A stretch of 64,000 nucleotides of DNA from positions 5,560 to 69,559 of IMG/VR virus record IMGVR_UViG_3300009545_000004. One strand, written 5' to 3'. Position numbers and translations under genes: made by a program. The notes beneath the pieces were generated by a model, which was not told the origin of the DNA, did no database searches, and worked only from the letters and a program-made list of their open reading frames with translations. Source of the DNA: a virus. Positions within the stretch are counted from its first letter, which is position 1, and each line of letters opens with the position of its first letter. This document shows positions 27,350 to 36,596 of this stretch, piece by piece.

Positions 27350-28593
27350 ATGAAACGTACCCTCGCAACCATCATCGTCATGCTCGTCGCGGTGTCGGCC
27401 CAGGCCGGCGACCTGGAGGCCGTCAAGGCCGCGAACGCGCAGATTGCCGCCGCGAAGGCGGCCAAGAAAGAAGCGCTCAAGGGGCTGACGAGGCTCCAGC
27501 GCGCCGAACTTCGTGTCGCCGAAGCCAACGCTGCCTTGCTCAAGGCGCGCGAAGCCGAGGCCAAGAAGGAGGAGTGACATGCACACGCTCAAGCTGATCG
27601 CATCGAAGAGCTTCACCAGCATGCTCTACGAGCAAGGTTCCTGGGGCGCGCGCCGGCTGGGCATGACGGAAAGCTCGATGGATCTGTTCCAGGTCGACGG
27701 CGACGACACCCGATTGGAAATCGAGTGGGACATCCCCGCGGCGATGGACTGCGAGCACATCGGGCTGACCGTCGAAACGCACGAAGGCCGGCGCACCCTG
27801 GTCGACTTCGACGGCGTGATGGACCTGCCCGCGCAGGCAGTCGACATGCTCGAAGCCCAGGGCATCGTCGTCGACGACGAGTTCAAGGAGTAAGCCATGC
27901 TTGACGACGAAGAGCTGGCCTGGCTCGCCTTCGCTCGCGATCGGCGCGACGCGGGCGACCCGGAGCCGATCCCACGGCCCGAGGTGTTCGAGCTGCGCAT
28001 GTGCCCCGAGTGCAACGGCACCGGCGTCGAAGTCTTCAGCCTCGAAGAACGCTGCGAGCGTTGCCAGGGCCGAGGCGAAGCATGACGGACGCCGAACACC
28101 TCATCGCGTGTGTGCAGCAGGCCAAGGACTCCGGGCTCGCCTGGTGCCCGGTCTTCATCGACGTGCGCGACGCCGAGGGCAACAAGCACGGGCACCTCGC
28201 CTCGGACGGCTACACGCACAGCGTGTGGCGCTTCTATCCGGCGTGGCCGGGCCGCCGCGTGCTGATGACCGACGTGCGCCTCTTCGGCCGAGCCGAAATC
28301 AGCCCGGCCGAACTGCTGCCCAAGTGGGCGCTGCCCGCGACCTTCGACAACTGGCGCGTCGGCCTCCCGGAAGGCGGCGCGCCCTGAGCCTCCGGTTCAA
28401 CCCATCCCCGTTCCCATCCCCATTACCTCACCGTCGAACCATGAAGACCATCATCACCATCGCCGCGCTCTCCTTCGCCTTCGCCTTCGCGTCGCTCGCT
28501 CAGGCCAAAGGCCACGCCAAGGGCGGCTTGCAAGGCACCACGCACACCGGCCACGCCTTCCCGAGCAAGGGACCGAAGGCGGGCGGCAAGTAG
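27350..28593 (+). other. Operon of five small ORFs (27350-27577, 27579-27893, 27897-28085 zinc-finger, 28082-28387, 28441-28593)
   Basis: RBSs and coupling; first and last have signal-peptide-like N-termini; AT-rich promoter with CTACTCCACT at 27320. Confidence 0.65.
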
Positions 28594-28619
28594 ACCCGCG
28601 GCTAGCCGGCCGCCCCGAC

Positions 28620-28648
28620 AAAAAAAGGCCCCCCTCGCGGGGCCTTTT
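28620..28648. terminator. Bidirectional terminator
   Basis: A-run, GGCCCC/GGGGCC stem, T-run, between convergent operons. Confidence 0.8.
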
Positions 28649-28830
28649 CACTTTCGGTGAGCGGCGTGCCAATCGCGCGCTGCTTTGGCGGGGTCCTTGT
28701 CTTGGTCCACGAGCCATTGCTTCGCAGCGACGAGCCGAGCGAATTTGATGGGGTACGCCGGCTTGATGTGCAGCACCAGCTCGTTCACGAATCTCACGAG
28801 CCAGTCTTCCTTCGGTATCGGTGGCGGCAT
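28648..28830 (-). CDS. 60-aa hypothetical between two similar terminators
   Basis: Clean ORF ending at the terminator. Confidence 0.55.
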   Translation of the reverse strand: MPPPIPKEDWLVRFVNELVLHIKPAYPIKFARLVAAKQWLVDQDKDPAKAARDWHAAHRK

Positions 28831-28884
28831 GGTGCGTCGGTCGATGAAGAGGTGCCGGGTGTCGTCCCTGATTGTCCTACCGTG

Positions 28885-28909
28885 AAAAAAGGCCCCGCGA
28901 GGGGCCTTT
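28885..28909 (-). terminator. Intrinsic terminator
   Basis: AAAAAAGGCCCC-gcga-GGGGCCTTT. Confidence 0.75.
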
Positions 28910-28926
28910 GTCGTTCCTGGGCCTGG

Positions 28927-29361
28927 CTATTCCCAGTTGGCCCGGCAACAGGCGATGGCCGGATCGTCGGGGGGCACGCCATTCGCGACCGCCATGGCGC
29001 GATAGCTCTCGTGCAGCTCGTGGCCGCCGTCGCTCACCTCGTTGAGATTGATGTCGCCCGCGCTTTGGCGGATGCGAACCGCGAGGTTGTGCGCCGAGTT
29101 GCGCAGCAGGAACCCGGCGCACGTGGCCGGTGTTTTCTGGCCCGACTCATGGCAGGCGAAGCTGTGCATGGATGCATCGAAGGCGGTGCCGGCCGAGTGC
29201 CTGAAGGCCTCGGCCGGGAAGTCGCCGGTGTTCGCGACGATCCACGGGCATCCGTCGCAGGGCGTGCGCCGGTAGAGCGACAGGCCGCCGCGCAGCTCGA
29301 TGACCGCGTGATCGGGGCCCGCCATGCGCCGATTGTGTTGGGTGACGGGTCGGCGCGGCAT
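28927..29361 (-). CDS. DUF6283-like Cys-rich protein
   Basis: PCDGCPW...FACHES...CAGFLL...HNLAVR. Confidence 0.7.
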   Translation of the reverse strand: MPRRPVTQHNRRMAGPDHAVIELRGGLSLYRRTPCDGCPWIVANTGDFPAEAFRHSAGTAFDASMHSFACHESGQKTPATCAGFLLRNSAHNLAVRIRQSAGDINLNEVSDGGHELHESYRAMAVANGVPPDDPAIACCRANWE

Positions 29362-29687
29362 CAGTGCTTTCTCCCCGGGCAAAGGGCGGACGCGAGGTCA
29401 TCGAAGTTCATGTGCACGATGGTGTCGCTGCCGTTTATGGCCGTGTCGCTGCCGTTCATGGCCATGAGCATCACCTTGCCGGCGACGTTCGCGAGGATCT
29501 TGCGCGCCGCCGAGTGCCGCTGATGATTGCGGCTCAGCGAATGCAGCGTGACCGCTGCGCGCTTGGCGTTGGCGTTGGGTAGCTCCCTGATGAGTACGAT
29601 CGCGAGCGCGTTGGCCGTCTCTTGCATCACGCGCGCTGACTCTTCGAGTACCTCACGGCGCATTTTGCGAAGCTGTTTCCTTTTCAT
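29361..29687 (-). CDS. Hypothetical protein
   Basis: GAGGA RBS, coupled. Confidence 0.55.
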   Translation of the reverse strand: MKRKQLRKMRREVLEESARVMQETANALAIVLIRELPNANAKRAAVTLHSLSRNHQRHSAARKILANVAGKVMLMAMNGSDTAINGSDTIVHMNFDDLASALCPGRKH

Positions 29688-29946
29688 TTCCTCTTCTCCT
29701 GGTGGTTGGTGCCGTCCCGGGGCGGCAGTTGGTGGTGGTCGACGGAGTGATACCAGCCGTCAGGGATGCAGCGCGCACGGCTTTGGCGAGCCAGTCGCTG
29801 TCGAGGCGTTCGAGGGCTTCGAACGCGCGCAGGTCGGCCGGGATAAGGCCGATCGACTTGCGAACACGCCGCTCGTGGGCCGGCTTCGTGGGCCGGCCCC
29901 GGGGGCGCTTGGTCGTGGGGTTGGATGTGGCGGCGATGGTGGACAT
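29653..29946 (-). CDS. Small DNA-binding protein (RGRP + RHH-like)
   Basis: KRPRGRP...VRKSIGL...WLAKAV. Confidence 0.55.
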   Translation of the reverse strand: MSTIAATSNPTTKRPRGRPTKPAHERRVRKSIGLIPADLRAFEALERLDSDWLAKAVRAASLTAGITPSTTTNCRPGTAPTTRRRGNEKETASQNAP

Positions 29947-29963
29947 GGGACTCTCCGGTTGGA

Positions 29964-30935
29964 TCAGTGGGGCCGAGGCAGCAGCCCCGACAAGGTTTCC
30001 CGCAACTGGTTGACGCCGCCCGCCTGATGGATCAGGTTCACGGCGCGGTGCTTGGTCGACTCGTAGATCGAGTGGCTGATGTGGTCGGTCATCGCGATGA
30101 CGGTTTCGGCGGCCGAGACTCGGGTGCGCAAGGCGTCCTTGCTCTCGTCCGTCGAATAGAACCGCAAGTCGAATTGGTTGCGGAATTGCTCCTCGATCAG
30201 AGTGCGCCAGTTCGTCTTCAGCCCGACGACCAGCAGTGAAGGCTTACGCGCCGGGCTTGGCGCGCGTTGAAAAACAATGCGCTTGTCTCCCTGTTCATCG
30301 GCGACCGCGATTTGCTGCGGCTGCAGCAGGGTCGACCCGATGGCCTTGAGACCGGCTTCGACGAGGATCGAGGCCAGCTCATCGACCAGCAGGCCGCGCA
30401 GGTTGTGCCACGCCAGCGCGATGCCAGCGGGAACGGGCGGGATCGCCGCCGTGGGCGCGTCGACGGACAAGGCGGCGGGGGTAGGCGCGGTAACGGACTC
30501 CGGGGCCTCCTGGGCCGCTTTGGCGGCTTCGAGTCTCGCGAGCCCTTCCCGGACACTCTGTGCCGCTTCGACCTCCTTGCGCTCGGCTGCGGCCTTGCGC
30601 TCGGCGATGGCCGCAGCGCGCCGCTGCCGCGCCGCATCGAGCGCCGCAGGTATCCAAACCTCCATCGGCGTCGAGTAGACCGAGCGACGCCGCTCGGCGG
30701 GGAGCGCGTCCTGGGCCTGCTTCAGCGCCTTCGGCAGCGACATGGGTGGGTCGCCGTCAAGCAGCGGGAGCATCGTGTCCGCCAAGAGCGCGTGCTCTTC
30801 CGGTCGCCAATACACTTTCGGCAGACCGTCCTTGCGCGCCGAGCCGGCGCCGATGAGTTGCAGTGGCTGCTTCGGGATAGGCTGCGGCTCCGCAACGGCC
30901 GCCAGCTTGGGTGGGACTTTCTTCATCGTGGGCAT
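29964..30935 (-). CDS. Protein with C-terminal DUF2325-like domain
   Basis: LLVVGL...VIAMTDHISHS...GGVNQL. Confidence 0.65.
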   Translation of the reverse strand: MPTMKKVPPKLAAVAEPQPIPKQPLQLIGAGSARKDGLPKVYWRPEEHALLADTMLPLLDGDPPMSLPKALKQAQDALPAERRRSVYSTPMEVWIPAALDAARQRRAAAIAERKAAAERKEVEAAQSVREGLARLEAAKAAQEAPESVTAPTPAALSVDAPTAAIPPVPAGIALAWHNLRGLLVDELASILVEAGLKAIGSTLLQPQQIAVADEQGDKRIVFQRAPSPARKPSLLVVGLKTNWRTLIEEQFRNQFDLRFYSTDESKDALRTRVSAAETVIAMTDHISHSIYESTKHRAVNLIHQAGGVNQLRETLSGLLPRPH

Positions 30936-31043
30936 GTGTCGTCCTGTGGGGTGGTGGAAACGGGTCGATATCGCTGATTCGCTCGAGCATGCGCACCCAG
31001 GGATGCGCATGGGCTGGCGTCATCGGGTCGGCGTGCTGGCGCT

Positions 31044-33455
31044 TCAGGCCTTTGAGTTGATGGGGCTGCGCGGATCGCCAGCAGGCACGTGCCAGCCGAA
31101 CATCGAGCCGTTCAACATGGCCGAGGCCTGCGCGGGCGTGACGCCTGCGGCCTCGTTCAGCTCGCGTGCCGAGAGGTTGGTGACGACGGGGTGGTAGCCG
31201 AGCACGCCACGCTTGATGGCGACGACCTTCGCCTCCGGCGTGAGCGCGTGGTCGACGTAGGCGATCGGGGGCAGACCCATCGCCTCGAGCATGGCGTCGC
31301 TCATGACGCTGTCGACGGCCTGGATCGTGTCCGGGTGCTGGTAGGTGCCCGAGGGGTACACGCGGTACGGCCAGGGCGACTTGTGGCCGGCGTTGAAGCC
31401 TTGCGCTGCGCTGAGTGCGCCGGCATGGCTGGTGCCGCGGATGGTGATGTGCCCGGTGGGCGTGTAGACGACATCGAAGGTGGTGTTCATGATCAGAATC
31501 TCGGGGTGGAGCCGGGTTCACGCCTTGAGAAGGTGGAAGCCGATACCCGGGCCGGTGTTGAGGCCGTGGCAGGTGGTGATGCGGCCGTCGTCGAACTCGA
31601 TGACCGCGTGCGCGCCCCAGCGGTCGACCACGTGCGCGGTGCACGCGCCCGGGTTGTCGCTGGGGAACACGCCCGGGCCGTCGACGCTGCCCACGCGCGC
31701 GCCCAGGGGCGGCAGCACGCGGCGCGCGACGGGAAGGGGATTGCGCTTGCCCATCAGCCGGCCATCCATTCTTCGGCGATGGCGCACGCCACGGCGCGCG
31801 CTTCGGTCATCGTGTCCGCATGGCCGAGGCATTTGATGCCGAGCGCGCTATCGAACAGCTCGTACACCTCGGCGGACGGGTCCCACTTGATCCAGACTTC
31901 GCGGCCCATGTCCGGGAAGCGCAGCAGGAGGGTGATGTCGCCTCGGTGCTTGGCGGTCTTCGTCATGTGTGTTGCCATGGTCACCAGTCTCCAAAGGTGC
32001 AGATGGGCATGCAGCGCGTGGCCTTGCAGTCGTGCGCGCGGATGTCCGCGAGTCGTTGGGCGGCAGCGCTGACGCGCTGGTTGCGCCACTGGCGCGCGGG
32101 CATGCCGAAGGCCAGCTCGATGCAGCGCGGGCAGCCGTCGACCTTGCGGCCGAAGACCACGGCGTGCGTGTGCTTGGTGGCCGCGTGCATCAGTTGCCCC
32201 CTTCTACGTCGCGAGCGTGGTACGGGCACGGCTCGTTGTGGTCGTCGTCGCCCTCGATGCAGTCCCAGCCCTTCGGCGCGGGCTGCGATGCGAGCACGGT
32301 GTCGAAGTCGAAGGGCGAGCCGTCAGGCAGTTCGATCGAGGCGCAGCTCGGGAAGTGGGCGTTGCACTCGCGTTCGTCGTAGAGAGCCATCGCGAGGCGC
32401 TTGCGCAGCTTCTCCAGGCTCGCGACCGGGGAGGCCATGGGCCAAGGGCAGGTGTCGCCGTCGCCAGCGTCGTAGCGGCGGATCAGGAGGCTCGGCTCGG
32501 CTTTGTCGCCGTAGCTTCCCCCGTGGGGGAAGAACAGCATGCCCTCGTCGGCGATCAGCCGGATGGTGATGGGGCTCATCGCTTCAGGCCTTTCGAGTTC
32601 GCGAGGTGGATCGCGTTGCGGATGGACGAGGCATCGAGGTGGGCGCCGTGCGTGACGCGGATGACGCCGTGCACCGCATCGAGCTTCGCGACCTTGAGTC
32701 TCAGATACAGCGCGGTGACTTGAACTGCCTCGGCCTCGGTGCAGCGGGAGAACTGCTGGACGATCGCCGCGAACGACGTGTAGGCTCGCTCGATGCGCTC
32801 GGCAATCTGCTGGGTGTGCTTGGCGGTGCTGGCCCAGTCGCTGTCGCGGCGGATGGGCATCGTGGTGGTGTTCATGTTCACAGGGCGATGAGCGAGAAGG
32901 CGCGCGCGGCACAGCGGGCGTGGATGGTGGCGACAAGCATCAGGTTCTGCACGGCGTCGAGCCCTTCGGGTGTGTCGACGGGGATGCGGTGCGTCCGCGC
33001 GGTGTGCCAAGCCCACGAGCGCGCGTGCTGTTGCGCCTCGCCCTTGTCGGCGGTGTGGTAGTCCGCATCAGCCTGCAGAGTGCCGCAGATGTAGTGGCGC
33101 ACGCGCCATTCCTGCCACTCCGCGTCGCGATAGACCTTGGCAACTCGGCCGGTCGATTTCGACTCGACGGTTTCCAGTCTGCGCAATGTCATGGTCATTG
33201 CCCCTTGCGCGCGTTGAAAGCGTCGATCGTCGCGGCATTGATCGCGTCCATCCGGGCCGCAATCATGGCCATGTCGAACACGCTGTGAGCGAGGTTGGCA
33301 TGGGTGCCTTCGAGGCCGTGCGCCATGCACAGGACGCCCTTCAGCATCATGAACTCGTCACGGTTGACGGCGAAGCTGCAGAGTAGGGCAGTCGTGCGAC
33401 GTTGTGCGGCGGTCTGTTGAGATGATTGAAGGCCCGGAGTGGTGTCGGTTTGCAT
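31044..33455 (-). other. Leftward operon of ~8 small coupled hypothetical ORFs
   Basis: Chained start/stop overlaps from 33455 to 31044; AT-rich promoter at ~33485-33540. Confidence 0.65.
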
Positions 33456-33774
33456 GAAATCCGCTCGTGGTTGGTGGAGCCTTTATTGTGCAACCTTAAT
33501 TCTCTTCTACTCCACTCTAGTGACGTAAAAAAGACCAATTTGTGAGCGCATGTTGCGCTCTGCAGATGGATCGGCCAAAGGGTGTAGGCTGTCTATGCCA
33601 AAGGGGTCGTTGTTGGGACTCTGAGGCAGTTGTCGTCATTGCCGCTGGTCGCTCAATCCCCCACTCAGCCACCAGTCTTCCAGCGGGTCGGCAGTCGTCC
33701 GCCGCTGGTTCTTACGGCACTCGTGTCGCACTGGCGTGCGCAACAGGCAGTGCCGCGCATAGGCTGCTGTGTCC

Positions 33775-34563
33775 ATGGCAGCGACGAATCGAAGACAGGT
33801 AGGCCGACCACGGCTGGAGCCGATTACAGCCCCAGGCAACGCCGATCGCATGGCATCCATAGAGCGCGACGTGCGTGCTGGCGTCCTCACGACTCGTGAG
33901 ATCGCGAGGCGCTACGGGTGCTCGCACACGTCGGTGATGAACTGGAAGGCCAAGTACGGATGGCACCAGGATCTGAATGCGCGGATCCGAGAGAGGGCGG
34001 ACCGAATCGTCGCGAGGGCCGCGCTTTTTTCGCCCCACGAGGGATTGCGTGATTCGGACGACTTGGCAATGGTGCTTGCGAACGGCTCGATGCTGGCGAG
34101 CGTGCGCTTGGAGCACCACAAGGCGATTGCGAAGCTGCGGCGCATGGCGGTGTCGCTGATGCACGAGCTGGACGCCACGCAGGAGCATCCCGAGGCGGTG
34201 GCGATGGTGTACGACGCCTTGAGCCTGCGCGATGGCAGGACCGAGGAGGCGCTGCTCGAAGCTGCCAAGCTGGTAGCCAGCATCCCGCAGCGCTCGCTCG
34301 TGCTGAAGACTCTGAGCGAGACGATGCGCAACATCGTGGGCATGGAGCGCGAGGCCTTCGGGCTCGACACCAGCAACGGCACAGACGGTCGACCGACCGT
34401 GATCATCCGGGACTTCACCGGCCGAGGCGATCCCGACTCGCCACGCGCCAGGGAGCAACGACCCGAGCCCGACGTGCCCGTAGCACAAGAGGTGAGCGCC
34501 GCCGAGCCCGAACCCGAGGCGAGCGTCGACCCCGAGGTACAAGAGTCGAGTGTCGAACCATGA
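33775..34563 (+). CDS. terS: Terminase small subunit (putative)
   Basis: HTH REIARRYGCSHTSV..W..KYGW; first late gene. Confidence 0.7.
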   Translation: MAATNRRQVGRPRLEPITAPGNADRMASIERDVRAGVLTTREIARRYGCSHTSVMNWKAKYGWHQDLNARIRERADRIVARAALFSPHEGLRDSDDLAMVLANGSMLASVRLEHHKAIAKLRRMAVSLMHELDATQEHPEAVAMVYDALSLRDGRTEEALLEAAKLVASIPQRSLVLKTLSETMRNIVGMEREAFGLDTSNGTDGRPTVIIRDFTGRGDPDSPRAREQRPEPDVPVAQEVSAAEPEPEASVDPEVQESSVEP

Positions 34564-34813
34564 CAGTGCCGCAGTGGATCAAGAACAGGCTCGCCTCGGC
34601 ACAGCCCACGCAGCCGCCACGTTCACACGCACGCCAAGGGGGTAGCCAGGGCCAAGTCATGAGCCCGATCGCCAAAAGCCGACCCCCCACCCCCCACCCC
34701 CGGGCCCTCAAAGCGCCCCCCGGGGCCCCCAGGCAAAAGACAGATGACCCCAGCGAAAAAAGTAGCCTCTCTCGCCAAAAAAAAATTGGCACGCCCGGAG
34801 AGTCTCTGGAAAT

Positions 34814-34976
34814 CTCTCGCACAGCCTCTCGCACGCGCGCGGCAGCACCCTCCGAATCTCTCGCACCGGCCCCTGCACCTCTCGCACAGCCGGCGAAAAC
34901 TCTCGCACAGCCACCTAAACCTCTCGCACAGGCTCTCGCACAGGTCGGCGAATCTCTCGCACAGAACCTCTCGCAC
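34814..34976 (+). repeat. Nine CTCTCGCAC direct repeats, candidate packaging site
   Basis: Starts at 34814, 34826, 34858, 34879, 34900, 34921, 34933, 34954, 34968. Confidence 0.85.
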
Positions 34977-35097
34977 GCGCAGCACTGCAAGACGTGGCGC
35001 GAGAAGCACGGTGTTGCAGCCCGAGCGGCCAACCGCGAGCGCATGAAGAAGAAGCGCGCCGCCGCGCGCCAGAAGGCCGCCGCGGAGGCGCACTGAC

Positions 35098-36588
35098 ATG
35101 CTCACCGAAGGCCAGCGCGTCGAGTACAGCTACAAGCCGCAGGGGCCGGTGCTCGCGAAGTACCTCGCGAACCGCGATCAGCGGGCCTTCATCTGCGGCC
35201 CGCTCGGCTCTTCGAAGACCAACGCCTCGTGCTGGAAGGCGTTTCGCGTCATGTGCGACCAAAAGCCCGATCGCGAGGGCATTCGGCGCACGCGCCTGGT
35301 CGCGATCCGCAACACCTACGGCGACTTGCTCTCGACGACGGCGAAGGACTGGCTGGAGATGTTCGAGCCGCTCGGCCGCTGGGTCGCGGGAGGCCGCGAG
35401 CCGCCGCAGCACACGCTCGACTTCTTCCTGCCACCCGAGAAGCCCGGCGACAAGCCGACGCGCGTGCTGTCCGAGCTGATCTTCCTTGCGCTCGATCGCG
35501 AAGAGCATGTGCGCAAGCTCCGCGGCATGCAGCTCACCGCGGCGATGCTGTCCGAGGCCAAGGAGCTGCCGTTCGCGGTGCTGCAGATGGTCGACTTGCG
35601 CATCGGCCGCTACCCGCAGGGCGAAATCGAGCCGACCTGGTACGGCATCTTCGGCGACACGAACGCGCCCGACACCGATCACTGGTACTACCGGCTCGCC
35701 GAAGAGCGCCGGCCCGAGGGGTGGACCTTCTTCAAGCAGCCCGGCGGCCTGATCCGCGAGTCGCGCGAGGCGCCGTGGCGCGAGAACCCGGACGCCGAGA
35801 ACCTGCGCAACCTGCCGCCCGGCTACTACGTCAAGGGCGCGCAGGGCAAGGACGAGGACTGGATTCTCGTCAATCTCGCCAACGAGTACGGCTTCGTCGC
35901 GGACGGCAAACCGGTCTATCCGGACTATCGCGACTCGGTGATGTGCAAGCCCTTCGAGCTGGTGAAGGAGGTGGGCATCTACGTCGGACTCGACTTCGGA
36001 CTGACGCCCGCGGCGCTCATCGGACAGCAGGGATTCACCGGCCAATGGCGCTTCCGCCACGAGCTGGTGACCGAGAGCACTGGCATCCTGCGCTTCGCCG
36101 ACGAGCTGAACCTCTTCATGGCGCGCCACTACCAGGGCTGGCCGATCCTCGGCATCTTCGGCGACCCGGCCGGCGGCCAGCGCCAGGCCGGCGACGTGGA
36201 CGAGCGCACGACGTTCCAGCTCCTCGGCCACAAGGGCATCTACGCGACTCCGGCGCCCGGGAACAACGACTTCGTGCTGCGCGCCGAGGCCTTCAGCGCG
36301 CCGATGAAGCGGTTCATCGACGGCGAGCCCGGCATGCTGATCCATCCGGACTGCCGCGTGACCCGCAAGGGCCTGCAGGGCGGCTACGCCTACAAGCGCA
36401 TCAAGGTCGCCAACTCCGATAGGTGGCGCGATCTGCCCGACAAGAACCAGTATTCGCACCCCTGCGAAGCCGGCCAGTACCTGGTGCTCGGCGCCGGCGA
36501 GGGGGTGACGGTGCTGACCAGCACGACAAACACGCGCGACCGGGACATCGACGGCTTTCGCCGCCGCATGGGTTACGCGACTCACTGA
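35098..36588 (+). CDS. terL: Terminase large subunit
   Basis: ICGPLGSSKT, LSEAKE, GDTNAP, GLDFGLTP, GDPAG, SHPCEAGQY. Confidence 0.92.
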   Translation: MLTEGQRVEYSYKPQGPVLAKYLANRDQRAFICGPLGSSKTNASCWKAFRVMCDQKPDREGIRRTRLVAIRNTYGDLLSTTAKDWLEMFEPLGRWVAGGREPPQHTLDFFLPPEKPGDKPTRVLSELIFLALDREEHVRKLRGMQLTAAMLSEAKELPFAVLQMVDLRIGRYPQGEIEPTWYGIFGDTNAPDTDHWYYRLAEERRPEGWTFFKQPGGLIRESREAPWRENPDAENLRNLPPGYYVKGAQGKDEDWILVNLANEYGFVADGKPVYPDYRDSVMCKPFELVKEVGIYVGLDFGLTPAALIGQQGFTGQWRFRHELVTESTGILRFADELNLFMARHYQGWPILGIFGDPAGGQRQAGDVDERTTFQLLGHKGIYATPAPGNNDFVLRAEAFSAPMKRFIDGEPGMLIHPDCRVTRKGLQGGYAYKRIKVANSDRWRDLPDKNQYSHPCEAGQYLVLGAGEGVTVLTSTTNTRDRDIDGFRRRMGYATH

Positions 36589-36596
36589 GGTCTGCC

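Noticed and set aside
34814-34976. CRISPR array or protein-level repeat in ORF 34560-35096
   Set aside because: 9-bp repeats with very short gaps, no cas genes, and spacings break the reading frame; the ORF itself is doubtful
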